From positions 105,743 to 169,742 of the IMG/VR virus record IMGVR_UViG_3300020056_002227: a DNA stretch of 64,000 bases. The stretch is one strand, 5' to 3'. Made by a program: the position numbers and the translations under genes. Below are positions 39,864-48,615 of this stretch, in pieces. Every line of letters starts with the position of its first letter. Position 1 is the stretch's first letter. This DNA comes from a virus. The notes below the pieces were generated by a model. It did not search any database and was not told the origin of the DNA. It was given only the letters and a program-made list of their open reading frames with translations.

Positions 39864-40462
39864 TGAGCTTAAATCATACACATTTAATTTTAGCAGGAGT
39901 GATGAGCCCCGGTCCAGTAGCCGCACCTCTTGATCCTATACCTACTAGTGGTTCGGGTGTAAGTATTCTTGCAAGGCAGGCTGCAGCCGGATTGACTGCA
40001 AAGGTAAGAGAGGATGCTGAAGACAGCGGTGTTGTTTCTTCATCTTCTAGTATTGCTTTACAAGTTTTTCATGTGTTTGGTGATATATTTCAAGTAAGAG
40101 TTCAAGGTCTTAGTGGTAGACAAAATACCGGTTTCTCTGCATGGTATAATCCGGCTGGTGATCCACAGACTTTACCTTTTACTCCTTCTACCGGACAAAC
40201 AATATACACAAATAATGTAAGACCGAATGCAGTTCAATTTGTACAGGATGGTGATGCAGGATCATGGTTAGATTTATCAACGGTCGGTTCTAGCCAAGAG
40301 GTGACCGTGGGTGCAAGTGTTTCTATAACAGGTGGTGCTGATATCCAGGAAGATGTCGATACGAGAGATATACAAATTTGGCTAAGATCTGACGGATATG
40401 CAGATACTCATCTAGTAACATTTAAAATACAGGCATATGCCTGGGCTCGAGCCTATAGTTAA
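39863..40462 (+). CDS. Modular virion protein C: short MxLxHxxL leader plus tip domain Z
   Basis: C-terminus IQIWLRSDGYADTHLVTFKIQAYAWA aligns ungapped to the pre-Hint segment of the 40892 product. Confidence 0.65.
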   Translation: MSLNHTHLILAGVMSPGPVAAPLDPIPTSGSGVSILARQAAAGLTAKVREDAEDSGVVSSSSSIALQVFHVFGDIFQVRVQGLSGRQNTGFSAWYNPAGDPQTLPFTPSTGQTIYTNNVRPNAVQFVQDGDAGSWLDLSTVGSSQEVTVGASVSITGGADIQEDVDTRDIQIWLRSDGYADTHLVTFKIQAYAWARAYS

Positions 40463-40479
40463 AAATAAATAAAATTAAT

Positions 40480-40507
40480 GCTAATAGTCCAAGGAGACGA
40501 AGATGGC
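40480..40507 (+). repeat. 28-bp leader repeat, copy 2, preceded by an AATAAATA late-promoter variant (40464-71)
   Basis: Identical to 37829-37856. Confidence 0.95.
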
Positions 40508-40880
40508 AATTAAAGTAGCTTCAACCACAGTCATAGATAACTCGCGGGTATTGACAAACCTTGTCGGAGCATCTGGTAATTACACATCATTTTACCCTAC
40601 AGTCACGGCAGTCAGTAGCGTATTAAATTTCACAAAGCCGGTGATGACACTTACCATGACTTCTAACGTAACTTTTTCTGAAAGTAATAAAGGTCAAGGT
40701 AGGAATTCTATTCTACTGCTTGATAGAAATACAAGTGGTTACACCCCTTCCTTTTCTGCTAACGTAAACTGGGCTGAAGATACTGAACCAACTTGGTCTG
40801 ATCACAGATATTGGCACATTTCTATGTGGTGCTGGAGTAATACTGTCGTGAGAGCGGCAGCAGTTGGCTACGATAATTAA
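40503..40880 (+). CDS. Modular virion protein D: stand-alone N-domain (125 aa)
   Basis: The whole protein aligns with the N-termini of A, B and E (WAEDTEPTWSDHRYW..CWSNTVVRAAAVGYD). Confidence 0.75.
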   Translation: MAIKVASTTVIDNSRVLTNLVGASGNYTSFYPTVTAVSSVLNFTKPVMTLTMTSNVTFSESNKGQGRNSILLLDRNTSGYTPSFSANVNWAEDTEPTWSDHRYWHISMWCWSNTVVRAAAVGYDN

Positions 40881-40891
40881 GGTATAGTGCA

Positions 40892-42418
40892 GTGAGCGAG
40901 ATTAAAGTAGCAAACACCAGAGTCGTAGGTAGATATTTTACCTCACCATATCTGGAAAGTATTACCGATACCACCAATAGTACATACGGCGTATCAACTA
41001 ATGAGGCCTGGCCGAATTCTCTGACTATTACAGGAGGCGGTGGTACTAATGGTGTCATAGCCTTAAGTTTTTCCTATGGGGGAGTAGCAACGGGGCGCAA
41101 GCCAGAACATCTAACTTGGCTTGCCGAAGACACAACATTTTATTTTATTAATGGTACACAGGGTGCTATTGCTCACATTTTAATCGATAGAATGTCTCAA
41201 GACGCAAGCCCTTCCTTAAAAAATCTTACATTTTCTTCTTCCGAAACCAATGCAATGAATATTTATTGGGATCGTAGCACAGAACCCGATTGGAGTAATT
41301 GGAGATATTGGCACGTATCTGGTATTTGTCTTGACTCTACAAAGATTAGATGTTCTGCTGTTCCATTTGATTCCCAAGCATTAACATATCCTGCTGGAAC
41401 ATTTTATGGTCGCTCTAGTGTCTCCGGAGCCACAACCAGTACCGGAGATGTAGCTTACATTAGAGCAGATGAAACAGTTGGTAACGGAGGCTTCGCATCC
41501 GCGGTGGCAAGTGGTAAGTTTGTAATTAATACGCCGTCGGGGCAATCACATCCAGTTTATATAAGAGTATATAGAGAAACGGGCACAAATGTCACAACCG
41601 CTACTTTCTATAATACATCAGGGACCGGGAGCACACTTAACACATCAACGAATCCTAATGTAGCATGGGGAGGCCCTACTGGTATTACACCTACTGCATA
41701 TAGAGTAAAACAGGTTGGTGGTGGTACAGATACGGGATATATCACAGCAAATGCTGGTGGATTGAATGTTGCTTTTTCTGCCAGTGCGGATGTTGGTGGT
41801 GTGGGTACTGATAGCGATACTCAGAATCCAACATTTGAATTTTATATAAGGGCATCTGGCTATCATGATGCTCTTGCTGCAACATTCTCTGCTACAGCAT
41901 ATGCTACTGCTGAATCTACTTGTTTCATAGGAACCTCTTTACTTACAATGGTTGATGAATCCGGTAATTTCCTAGAGAAGATAGCTCTAGAGGATGGTTA
42001 TACAACGTATCATGCAGATACAACCATTCCCCGATACGTCAAGGGCCAGGATGGTGTTGTAAATAGGATCTTAGATTTTAGACAGCACGAAGGTCATGGA
42101 ACTCTTCATGGATTTAATGGCTCTGATAATTTTGTAACTGGAGCACATCCATTTTTGACCACCGATGGTTGGAAGGCATTTGATGGAGAAATAGCTCGAT
42201 CTATGCATCCAAATTTAAGTATTACGAACTTAGAGGTTGGAGATATTCTTATAAAGTACAATTCTGATACCGGAGAATATTATGAGGAAGAACTAACGTC
42301 TGTAACGTCAGAGAGAAGGCTTTGTATTGTTTACTCTTTGGATGTTACAGGCCCAGATTCAGACACCGATGGTAATGACACATATATCGTCGATGATTAT
42401 GTTGTACACAATAAGTAA
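40892..42418 (+). CDS. Modular virion protein E: N-domain + domain Z + C-terminal Hint (intein-like) domain
   Basis: GTG start; STEPDWSNWRYW N-domain motif. The Hint domain starts CFIGTSLLTM at 41921, has block B VTGAHPF and ends VYSLDV..DTYIVDDYVVHNK-stop. Confidence 0.8.
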   Translation: MSEIKVANTRVVGRYFTSPYLESITDTTNSTYGVSTNEAWPNSLTITGGGGTNGVIALSFSYGGVATGRKPEHLTWLAEDTTFYFINGTQGAIAHILIDRMSQDASPSLKNLTFSSSETNAMNIYWDRSTEPDWSNWRYWHVSGICLDSTKIRCSAVPFDSQALTYPAGTFYGRSSVSGATTSTGDVAYIRADETVGNGGFASAVASGKFVINTPSGQSHPVYIRVYRETGTNVTTATFYNTSGTGSTLNTSTNPNVAWGGPTGITPTAYRVKQVGGGTDTGYITANAGGLNVAFSASADVGGVGTDSDTQNPTFEFYIRASGYHDALAATFSATAYATAESTCFIGTSLLTMVDESGNFLEKIALEDGYTTYHADTTIPRYVKGQDGVVNRILDFRQHEGHGTLHGFNGSDNFVTGAHPFLTTDGWKAFDGEIARSMHPNLSITNLEVGDILIKYNSDTGEYYEEELTSVTSERRLCIVYSLDVTGPDSDTDGNDTYIVDDYVVHNK

Positions 42419-42427
42419 GGAATTATA

Positions 42428-45121
42428 ATGCCATTACCCCATTCTGGTTTACATTTAACTTACGGTAATAATTATAACTATACCGGTGGTAGTGGCCCCG
42501 TGTCACCACCCGCACCGGATACAGGTGCTATTTCTTCAATAACGCCTTCTACCACAACGGTCAATGAAGGCAACTCTGTTACATTTACCGTAGCAACATC
42601 TAATATTTCTGATGGTACCTCTATCAGTTGGGAGGTTGTGGTTGGAGGTAATGCATACCCTGCTGCAACAATTACTCCAAATAATGATTTTAGTACTGCT
42701 ACTTCTGGTACTACAACTGTTACAAGTAACTCTGCACAATTTACAGTAGGTGCCGCGGCTGATTTAACGACAGAAGGGTTTGAACAATTTCGTGTTCGTG
42801 TCACATATTCAGGTACCGGATCTACTGTTACATCATCATATATCACGATCAATGACACCTCACAGACGCCGGCAACACCAACTATTATTAGTGTTACGCC
42901 CCAGGGAGGTGCAACGTCAACTGTAGAAGGAAACACGAGAACTTTTGATGTTGTAACCTCTGCTATTCCTGATAGCACTTCACTTAACTGGGCAGTTAAT
43001 CATATAGGCACAACATCGGCAGATTTTACGACAAGCTTCGGTACAGTTACGATTACTTCAAATAGTGGCTCGTTTAATGTTCCAATTGCTTCAGACGCAA
43101 CAAATGAAGGAACAGAAGAATATACAATTACTGTTTCGGGTACAGTCAGTGCAACAGCTGTTTCTAAAACGACTGGATCTCAATACATTGTTGATGCTTC
43201 TTCACCGAGAATCGATGGATTGAGTGTTTCTTCATCATCAGTCGAAGAGGGGACTAATCTTAATGTTATCGTAGATACACTCGACTATCCAGACGGTAAT
43301 AAAGTATTCAACTGGGCCGTTTCGCACGTAAGTACAATTGCACAAGATTTTGATACTACAAGCAGCACAGTGACAGTTAACACCTCGTCTGGTTCGGGCA
43401 CAGGAAACTTTAATGTTCCTATTAGAGCAGATACTGTTGCGAATGAAGGTAGTGAAACGTTTAGAGTTACTGTAACAGATCCGGTTACTCCTAGCATTAA
43501 CGCACAGACTATTTTAGTTACGATCGTTGATAAAACACCAAGAATTGTAAGTGTTACAGGCCCCACCACTATTACAGAGGCAGGAACGGGTAACTACTTT
43601 ACATATAACGTTACAACGGAGAATATTCCTAACGGCACCACTCTCGATTGGGATGTGAATCATGGCACTACGGTCGTGGGTGATTTTGGTGGTAATGGGC
43701 AGTTTGGAACATTTACAGTTAATAATAATGCTGGATCTTTTCAAATTGATATAGACCAGGATGAAACCACAGAAGGCGATGAAACGTTTACTCTCACAGC
43801 ATCTGGTACTGTAGCACATCCGAATGATGGATCGGTAAATGTTTCTGTAAGTGCTACTACGGGCACAATTACTATCACAGATACCTCCACAGAGCCATCT
43901 ATTAGTATTTCGAGTACACCGACTCAAGCTAATGAAACAAATTTGAATTCGAGGACTTGGACGATTACCACCGCTGGATTCGATGAGGGAGACACCCTTA
44001 ATTGGATAATCAATCATGGTAGTACATCTGCGGCCGACTTTTCAGCAAGTTCAGGGACCACTTCAGCAATAAGTGGTGGTTCTTGTACAATGACAATTGT
44101 TGTTGATGAAGATTTTACCACAGAAGGTGATGAGACATTTACATTTACGGTATCCGGCACATCGTCTGGTGGCGCATCGGTAAGTGAAACTTCTCATACT
44201 GTTACGATATTCGATACGTCTCAAACACCTTCTATCAGCTCTGTTTCTGGTCCTAGTAGTATTGACGAAGGATCATCTGGTGATTTTGATATTACTTGTG
44301 TTAATGTTCCCAATGGCACTTCTTTGACTTGGCAGATCCAAACCACGAGTGGCACCGCACCACCACTTACTGGATCTGGGCTGGCTGCCGATGATTTTAA
44401 TAGTGCAACTGTATCTGGTACTGTTACGGTAAACAACAATACCGCGACAGTTACTGTTTACCCGTATGCCGATGCAACAACTGAAGGAGCTGAAGTCTTC
44501 AAATTGTTTGTGTATGGTACTGCAGGACCAAATAGTACATCAATAAATGGGACCTCTGGTAATTGCACGATTAACGATACATCACAGCCTACCGCAAGTA
44601 TGGACTCTTCTTTTTCTATTACTGGCGGCTTTCAGAGCGAATCCGGATCTGCCGGTTTTGTTGAAGCTTATATAACCTTTCAAATTGATCATGAGCCTAG
44701 TAATAACAGAATAAAAATTGAATCACATAGAGGTGGATCACAAACACAGGCTATTATTATTACTGATTACGTTGATTACACCGGTTTAAGTAATATTACG
44801 TCTCTTGATGTTAAATATAATGTTTCCTCACATTCTTGTATTGGAACGTGTTACTCGGGAGGGGCATTTGGACCTTTGCCTACTAACGATGGATTTTCAA
44901 CAAATACTTACTATAGTGTTCCGACTACCCCCGGCGCGCGGGAATTTGGATGGATGGCCAAGGCCAATCCTAATTTAGGTAATAATAGTACAGCCGTCGA
45001 TGCAAGTGATGTTGAATTAACAATAAGACTTATAGATTCAGTGGGCGGTACATTTACGGCAACGTCCAATTCGGTGGATATAGATCTTAACGCAAGTGTT
45101 GGCTCCTCCCCACAGGTTTAG
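42428..45121 (+). CDS. Modular virion protein F: MxLxHxxL leader + six Calx-beta/Ig-like repeats + tip domain Y
   Basis: Six ~115-aa repeats (I.S.T....EG....F.V.T..I.DGT.L.W....DF....G...D.TTEG.E.F). C-terminal HEPSNNRIKI..ITDYVDYTGLSNITSLDVKYNV. Confidence 0.75.
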   Translation: MPLPHSGLHLTYGNNYNYTGGSGPVSPPAPDTGAISSITPSTTTVNEGNSVTFTVATSNISDGTSISWEVVVGGNAYPAATITPNNDFSTATSGTTTVTSNSAQFTVGAAADLTTEGFEQFRVRVTYSGTGSTVTSSYITINDTSQTPATPTIISVTPQGGATSTVEGNTRTFDVVTSAIPDSTSLNWAVNHIGTTSADFTTSFGTVTITSNSGSFNVPIASDATNEGTEEYTITVSGTVSATAVSKTTGSQYIVDASSPRIDGLSVSSSSVEEGTNLNVIVDTLDYPDGNKVFNWAVSHVSTIAQDFDTTSSTVTVNTSSGSGTGNFNVPIRADTVANEGSETFRVTVTDPVTPSINAQTILVTIVDKTPRIVSVTGPTTITEAGTGNYFTYNVTTENIPNGTTLDWDVNHGTTVVGDFGGNGQFGTFTVNNNAGSFQIDIDQDETTEGDETFTLTASGTVAHPNDGSVNVSVSATTGTITITDTSTEPSISISSTPTQANETNLNSRTWTITTAGFDEGDTLNWIINHGSTSAADFSASSGTTSAISGGSCTMTIVVDEDFTTEGDETFTFTVSGTSSGGASVSETSHTVTIFDTSQTPSISSVSGPSSIDEGSSGDFDITCVNVPNGTSLTWQIQTTSGTAPPLTGSGLAADDFNSATVSGTVTVNNNTATVTVYPYADATTEGAEVFKLFVYGTAGPNSTSINGTSGNCTINDTSQPTASMDSSFSITGGFQSESGSAGFVEAYITFQIDHEPSNNRIKIESHRGGSQTQAIIITDYVDYTGLSNITSLDVKYNVSSHSCIGTCYSGGAFGPLPTNDGFSTNTYYSVPTTPGAREFGWMAKANPNLGNNSTAVDASDVELTIRLIDSVGGTFTATSNSVDIDLNASVGSSPQV

Positions 45122-45131
45122 GTTAATAGAT

Positions 45132-45416
45132 ATGGCAAATAAAATAGGTACTAGATCCCTTAAAATTCATGTTAAAGCATATGAAGGGGATGTTAACGGA
45201 AAAAACTTTTATCAACTGATTACACTTTGGGACACTCAAGATCATAATGATTTTGAAGAAAATTTTGTCCGCGACCAATTTCAGGATACTTTTTTGAATA
45301 TGATTGTAAGTGTGGAAGAGCATACACCAGATCGGTATGAGGTGACCTCAGATCCAACGGTTTTACGAAAAGTGTATCCAGTACCAGAAGAAATTGCAGA
45401 CACCTACGACATATAA
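45132..45416 (+). CDS. Hypothetical protein (94 aa)
   Basis: First ATG after the stop of the preceding gene; fills the gap before gp13. Confidence 0.6.
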   Translation: MANKIGTRSLKIHVKAYEGDVNGKNFYQLITLWDTQDHNDFEENFVRDQFQDTFLNMIVSVEEHTPDRYEVTSDPTVLRKVYPVPEEIADTYDI

Positions 45417-45419
45417 ATA
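45412..45419 (+). promoter_or_regulatory. Late promoter TATAAATA (gp13)
   Basis: Exact consensus upstream of gp13. Confidence 0.8.
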
Positions 45420-45454
45420 TAGAGATAAACATTTTCGATTAGAGAAAAGAAAAC

Positions 45455-46198
45455 ATGCCACAGCCTACCTCAAGACAAGAATTCATAGATTATACGATGA
45501 GAAAGCTCGGTGCTCCTGTCATCGAAATTAACGTGTCTGAAGAACAGGTAGAAGATCGAGTTGATGAAGCAATTTCCTATTGGCGAGATTACCATTATAA
45601 TGGAAGCCAATTAGTTTACCTGAAACATCAAATCACACAAGCAGATAAAGATAATGGATACATTACCTTGCCCCAGGGTTTGCTTGGTATTTCAAAGGTG
45701 TTCGACCTATCATCGTCAATATCTACCGGTGCTGGAATGTTCAATGTACAATATCAATTTGTACTGAATAATTTGGAAGACATTACCGGCTATAATGTTC
45801 AGCATTATTATATGACAATGCAACACCTTGAATTTCTGCAAGAGATTCTGGTGGGTAGACCATTAATTCGTTATAATAAGCACGTAAATAGACTGTTCAT
45901 CGATGTAGAGCAAGATCATTTGGTAGTAGGTGATTATGTAGTTATTGAAGCTTATGATATCATTGATCCCAATTCATTCCCAGATGTTTGGGGTGATCGA
46001 TGGCTCCAAAATTATGCAGCAACCCTTGTGAGAGAACAGTGGGGGCTTAATCTTACTAAATTCACAGGCATGCAGCTTGTGGGTGGAGTATCCTTTAACG
46101 GAGAACAAATTCTAGCAGAGGCGAGAGAAGATAGACAAAGAATGGAAGAAGAAGCAACCACAAGTCTACAGCCCCTGACCTATAACTTTATTGGGTAA
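45455..46198 (+). CDS. gp13: Neck protein gp13
   Basis: LGAPVIEINV..EQ.EDR.DEA...HY.G; QWG.NL.KF.GMQL.GGV.FNG; T4 synteny. Confidence 0.95.
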   Translation: MPQPTSRQEFIDYTMRKLGAPVIEINVSEEQVEDRVDEAISYWRDYHYNGSQLVYLKHQITQADKDNGYITLPQGLLGISKVFDLSSSISTGAGMFNVQYQFVLNNLEDITGYNVQHYYMTMQHLEFLQEILVGRPLIRYNKHVNRLFIDVEQDHLVVGDYVVIEAYDIIDPNSFPDVWGDRWLQNYAATLVREQWGLNLTKFTGMQLVGGVSFNGEQILAEAREDRQRMEEEATTSLQPLTYNFIG

Positions 46199-46201
46199 AT
46201 C

Positions 46202-46900
46202 ATGGCCACCAATGTATTCTTCAGAAACTATGATAACTTCAATGAACAGAATTTAATTGATGATCTAGTAATCGAATCAATTAAAATGTATGGAGTCGAT
46301 GTTCTGTATATCAGCAGAACTATAGGCTCTCGGGATTCTGTATTCAACGAAGACGACACACCCATTTATGATCAGGTTTTCGAATTTGAATCCTACGTCA
46401 AGAATGTGGAAGGTTTCGAAGGTGAGGGTGATTTCTTATCTAAGTTTGGTATTCAAATTCGTGATCAAATGACCCTGAGTGTGGCCAATCGGACATTTGA
46501 AAAATATGTTACCCGTGAAGAGAATACCATTGTAAGACCTCGAGAAGGCGATCTCATATTCTTCCCATTGAATAGTAAAATGTTCGAAATCAAAAACGTC
46601 GAACATGAAAGTGTATTCTATCAGACCGGTGCCTTACAGGTATTCGATATCGTGTGTGAATTGATCGAATACAGCAATCAGATCTTCAGAACCGGCCGAG
46701 ACAATATTGACGCTTATTTTGATGACATTATTACTGATACATATACTACTGTCGGGGCAAACAACGCATCGACTCTCGTTGGATTGGCCAACACCGATCC
46801 GATTGCAAGAAACCTTTTCTATGAAAGAGAGGGTGATTCAATCATTGACTTTACTGAAATCGATCCCTTCAGTGAGGTCATTGAGATACAGGATTCTTAA
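46202..46900 (+). CDS. gp14: Neck protein gp14
   Basis: EQ.L..DL..ESIKMYG.D..Y; GFEG.G.F.SKFG; P.EGDLI.FP; FYQ.G. Confidence 0.95.
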   Translation: MATNVFFRNYDNFNEQNLIDDLVIESIKMYGVDVLYISRTIGSRDSVFNEDDTPIYDQVFEFESYVKNVEGFEGEGDFLSKFGIQIRDQMTLSVANRTFEKYVTREENTIVRPREGDLIFFPLNSKMFEIKNVEHESVFYQTGALQVFDIVCELIEYSNQIFRTGRDNIDAYFDDIITDTYTTVGANNASTLVGLANTDPIARNLFYEREGDSIIDFTEIDPFSEVIEIQDS

Positions 46901-47716
46901 ATGGCAATCGCAAATTATTTTTACAATTCAACGACCAGAAAATATGTAGCTCTCTTTGGTACATATTTTAATCAGTTGACCATTGAAAGGCAGAATCTTC
47001 AAGGCACTCCAATTCAGCGTATGGTGGTGCCTATCTCATACGCACCATTTCAAAAGATTTTGGCCAGACTTGAACAAGACCCAGAATTCGCAAATAAATC
47101 AGGCATCACTTTACCTAGAATGTCATTTGAACTCACATCTATGGCGTATGATCCTGATAGAAAGATTTCACCCACGAGAAAGATAAGAAAGATCACCAAA
47201 GACGAGTCTACGGGGGCTCGTAATTTCATCTATGCTGGCACTCCGTATAATTTAGATTTCTCACTCTATATAATGGCCAAATATAACGAAGATGCAGTAA
47301 AATTACTAGAGCAGATTCTTCCGTTCTTTAATCCAGAATTTACGAGTACGGTAAGATTGATCGATGGAATTGAGCCAATCGATGTGCCTCTGATACTAAA
47401 TAGTGTAGATACTGAAGAGTTATACGAAGCAGATTTTACAGAAAGACGCAGTATCCTTTACACACTTAATTTTACAATGAAGGCATGGTTCTTTGGCCCA
47501 GAGAGAGAAAAGAAGATTATCAAATTTGTGGATATTCGCGAATGGACCTCTATGGATCCACCCGAATCAAAAGGACCCGATGGTCAAATCACAATTCAGC
47601 CGGGCATGACCTCTGATGGTCAACCCACAACGATACTAAGCAATACAGTAGATTATAGTCTGATCGACTTTGATGATAACTGGGATTACATAGTCACACT
47701 TGATGATGGTTCTTAA
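46901..47716 (+). CDS. gp15: Tail terminator / sheath stabiliser gp15
   Basis: YFYN...RKYV..FG..FN; VPISYAP.QK; LPRMSFE; EQILPFF.P. Confidence 0.95.
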   Translation: MAIANYFYNSTTRKYVALFGTYFNQLTIERQNLQGTPIQRMVVPISYAPFQKILARLEQDPEFANKSGITLPRMSFELTSMAYDPDRKISPTRKIRKITKDESTGARNFIYAGTPYNLDFSLYIMAKYNEDAVKLLEQILPFFNPEFTSTVRLIDGIEPIDVPLILNSVDTEELYEADFTERRSILYTLNFTMKAWFFGPEREKKIIKFVDIREWTSMDPPESKGPDGQITIQPGMTSDGQPTTILSNTVDYSLIDFDDNWDYIVTLDDGS

Positions 47717-47732
47717 ATGATGGAGTTATATT

Positions 47733-48167
47733 ATGAAAATAGGTTTTACTTGTTCTACATTTGATCTACTGCATGCAGGTCACATACAAATGTTACGGGA
47801 TGCTAAATCTCAATGTGATTATCTGATATGTGGCCTCCAGGTTGATCCTTCACTAGATAGACTGGAAAAGAACGCACCAATTCAGACATTGGTTGAAAGG
47901 TATACACAGCTGAAATCCGTGCAATATGTGGACGAAATTATTCCTTATGAAACTGAATTGGATCTGAAAGACATACTTGAAATGTACCACATTGATGTTC
48001 GTATTCTTGGTGATGAATATCGTAATTTAGAATTCACTGGCAAAGAAATATGTCAAAGCAGAAATATCGAATTATTCTTTAATAAAAGAGATCATCGGTT
48101 TTCTACTAGCGATCTAAGAAAAAGAGTCTGCCAGAAGGAGATAAGAGAAAATGCCAAAGAAAGATAA
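47733..48167 (+). CDS. tagD: Glycerol-3-phosphate cytidylyltransferase-like protein
   Basis: GFTCSTFDLLHAGHI (HxGH motif); ER...L....YVDEI; R.H.FSTS.LR. Confidence 0.8.
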   Translation: MKIGFTCSTFDLLHAGHIQMLRDAKSQCDYLICGLQVDPSLDRLEKNAPIQTLVERYTQLKSVQYVDEIIPYETELDLKDILEMYHIDVRILGDEYRNLEFTGKEICQSRNIELFFNKRDHRFSTSDLRKRVCQKEIRENAKER

Positions 48168-48615
48168 AATTGCTGAGACACTTGGTATTAGGGATCTTGA
48201 CGAAATCAAATCTGAATTAGAAGTGGTAAATCAACCTGCTCCAGTACAAGAAACACTACCCGCAAATTCCTTTGATGGCGAAGACCGTCTGCCGGCCGTA
48301 ACACAAGAGGCCGAGGAAAATCTAGCAGATATTGAACTTGCAAAAAGGAATATCGAAAATATTATCAATCTCGGTGATGATTCGGTAAAAGAAATGGTAG
48401 AGATTGCGAAACAATCCGAATCACCCAGAGCATTCGAAGTCGTATCAACTCTTATGAAGACGTTACTCGATGCAAATAAAGATTATGTCGAAATGTCTAC
48501 CAAGAAAAGATATGCAAGGGAAGAAGCTAACCCAAGTAAAAATCAGGTGACAAATAACAATCTAATCGTTTCAACGGCAGATCTTCTTAAGATGTTGAAG
48601 GATGGAAGCGAATGA
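48151..48615 (+). CDS. gp16: Terminase small subunit gp16
   Basis: A..SESPRAFEV...L; NNL.VST.DL.K.L; immediately precedes gp17. Confidence 0.92.
   Translation: MPKKDKIAETLGIRDLDEIKSELEVVNQPAPVQETLPANSFDGEDRLPAVTQEAEENLADIELAKRNIENIINLGDDSVKEMVEIAKQSESPRAFEVVSTLMKTLLDANKDYVEMSTKKRYAREEANPSKNQVTNNNLIVSTADLLKMLKDGSE

Noticed and set aside
41921-42418. Mobile intein with a homing endonuclease
   Set aside because: There is no endonuclease insert and no C-extein nucleophile (HN-K-stop); it is treated as a non-splicing Hint domain.
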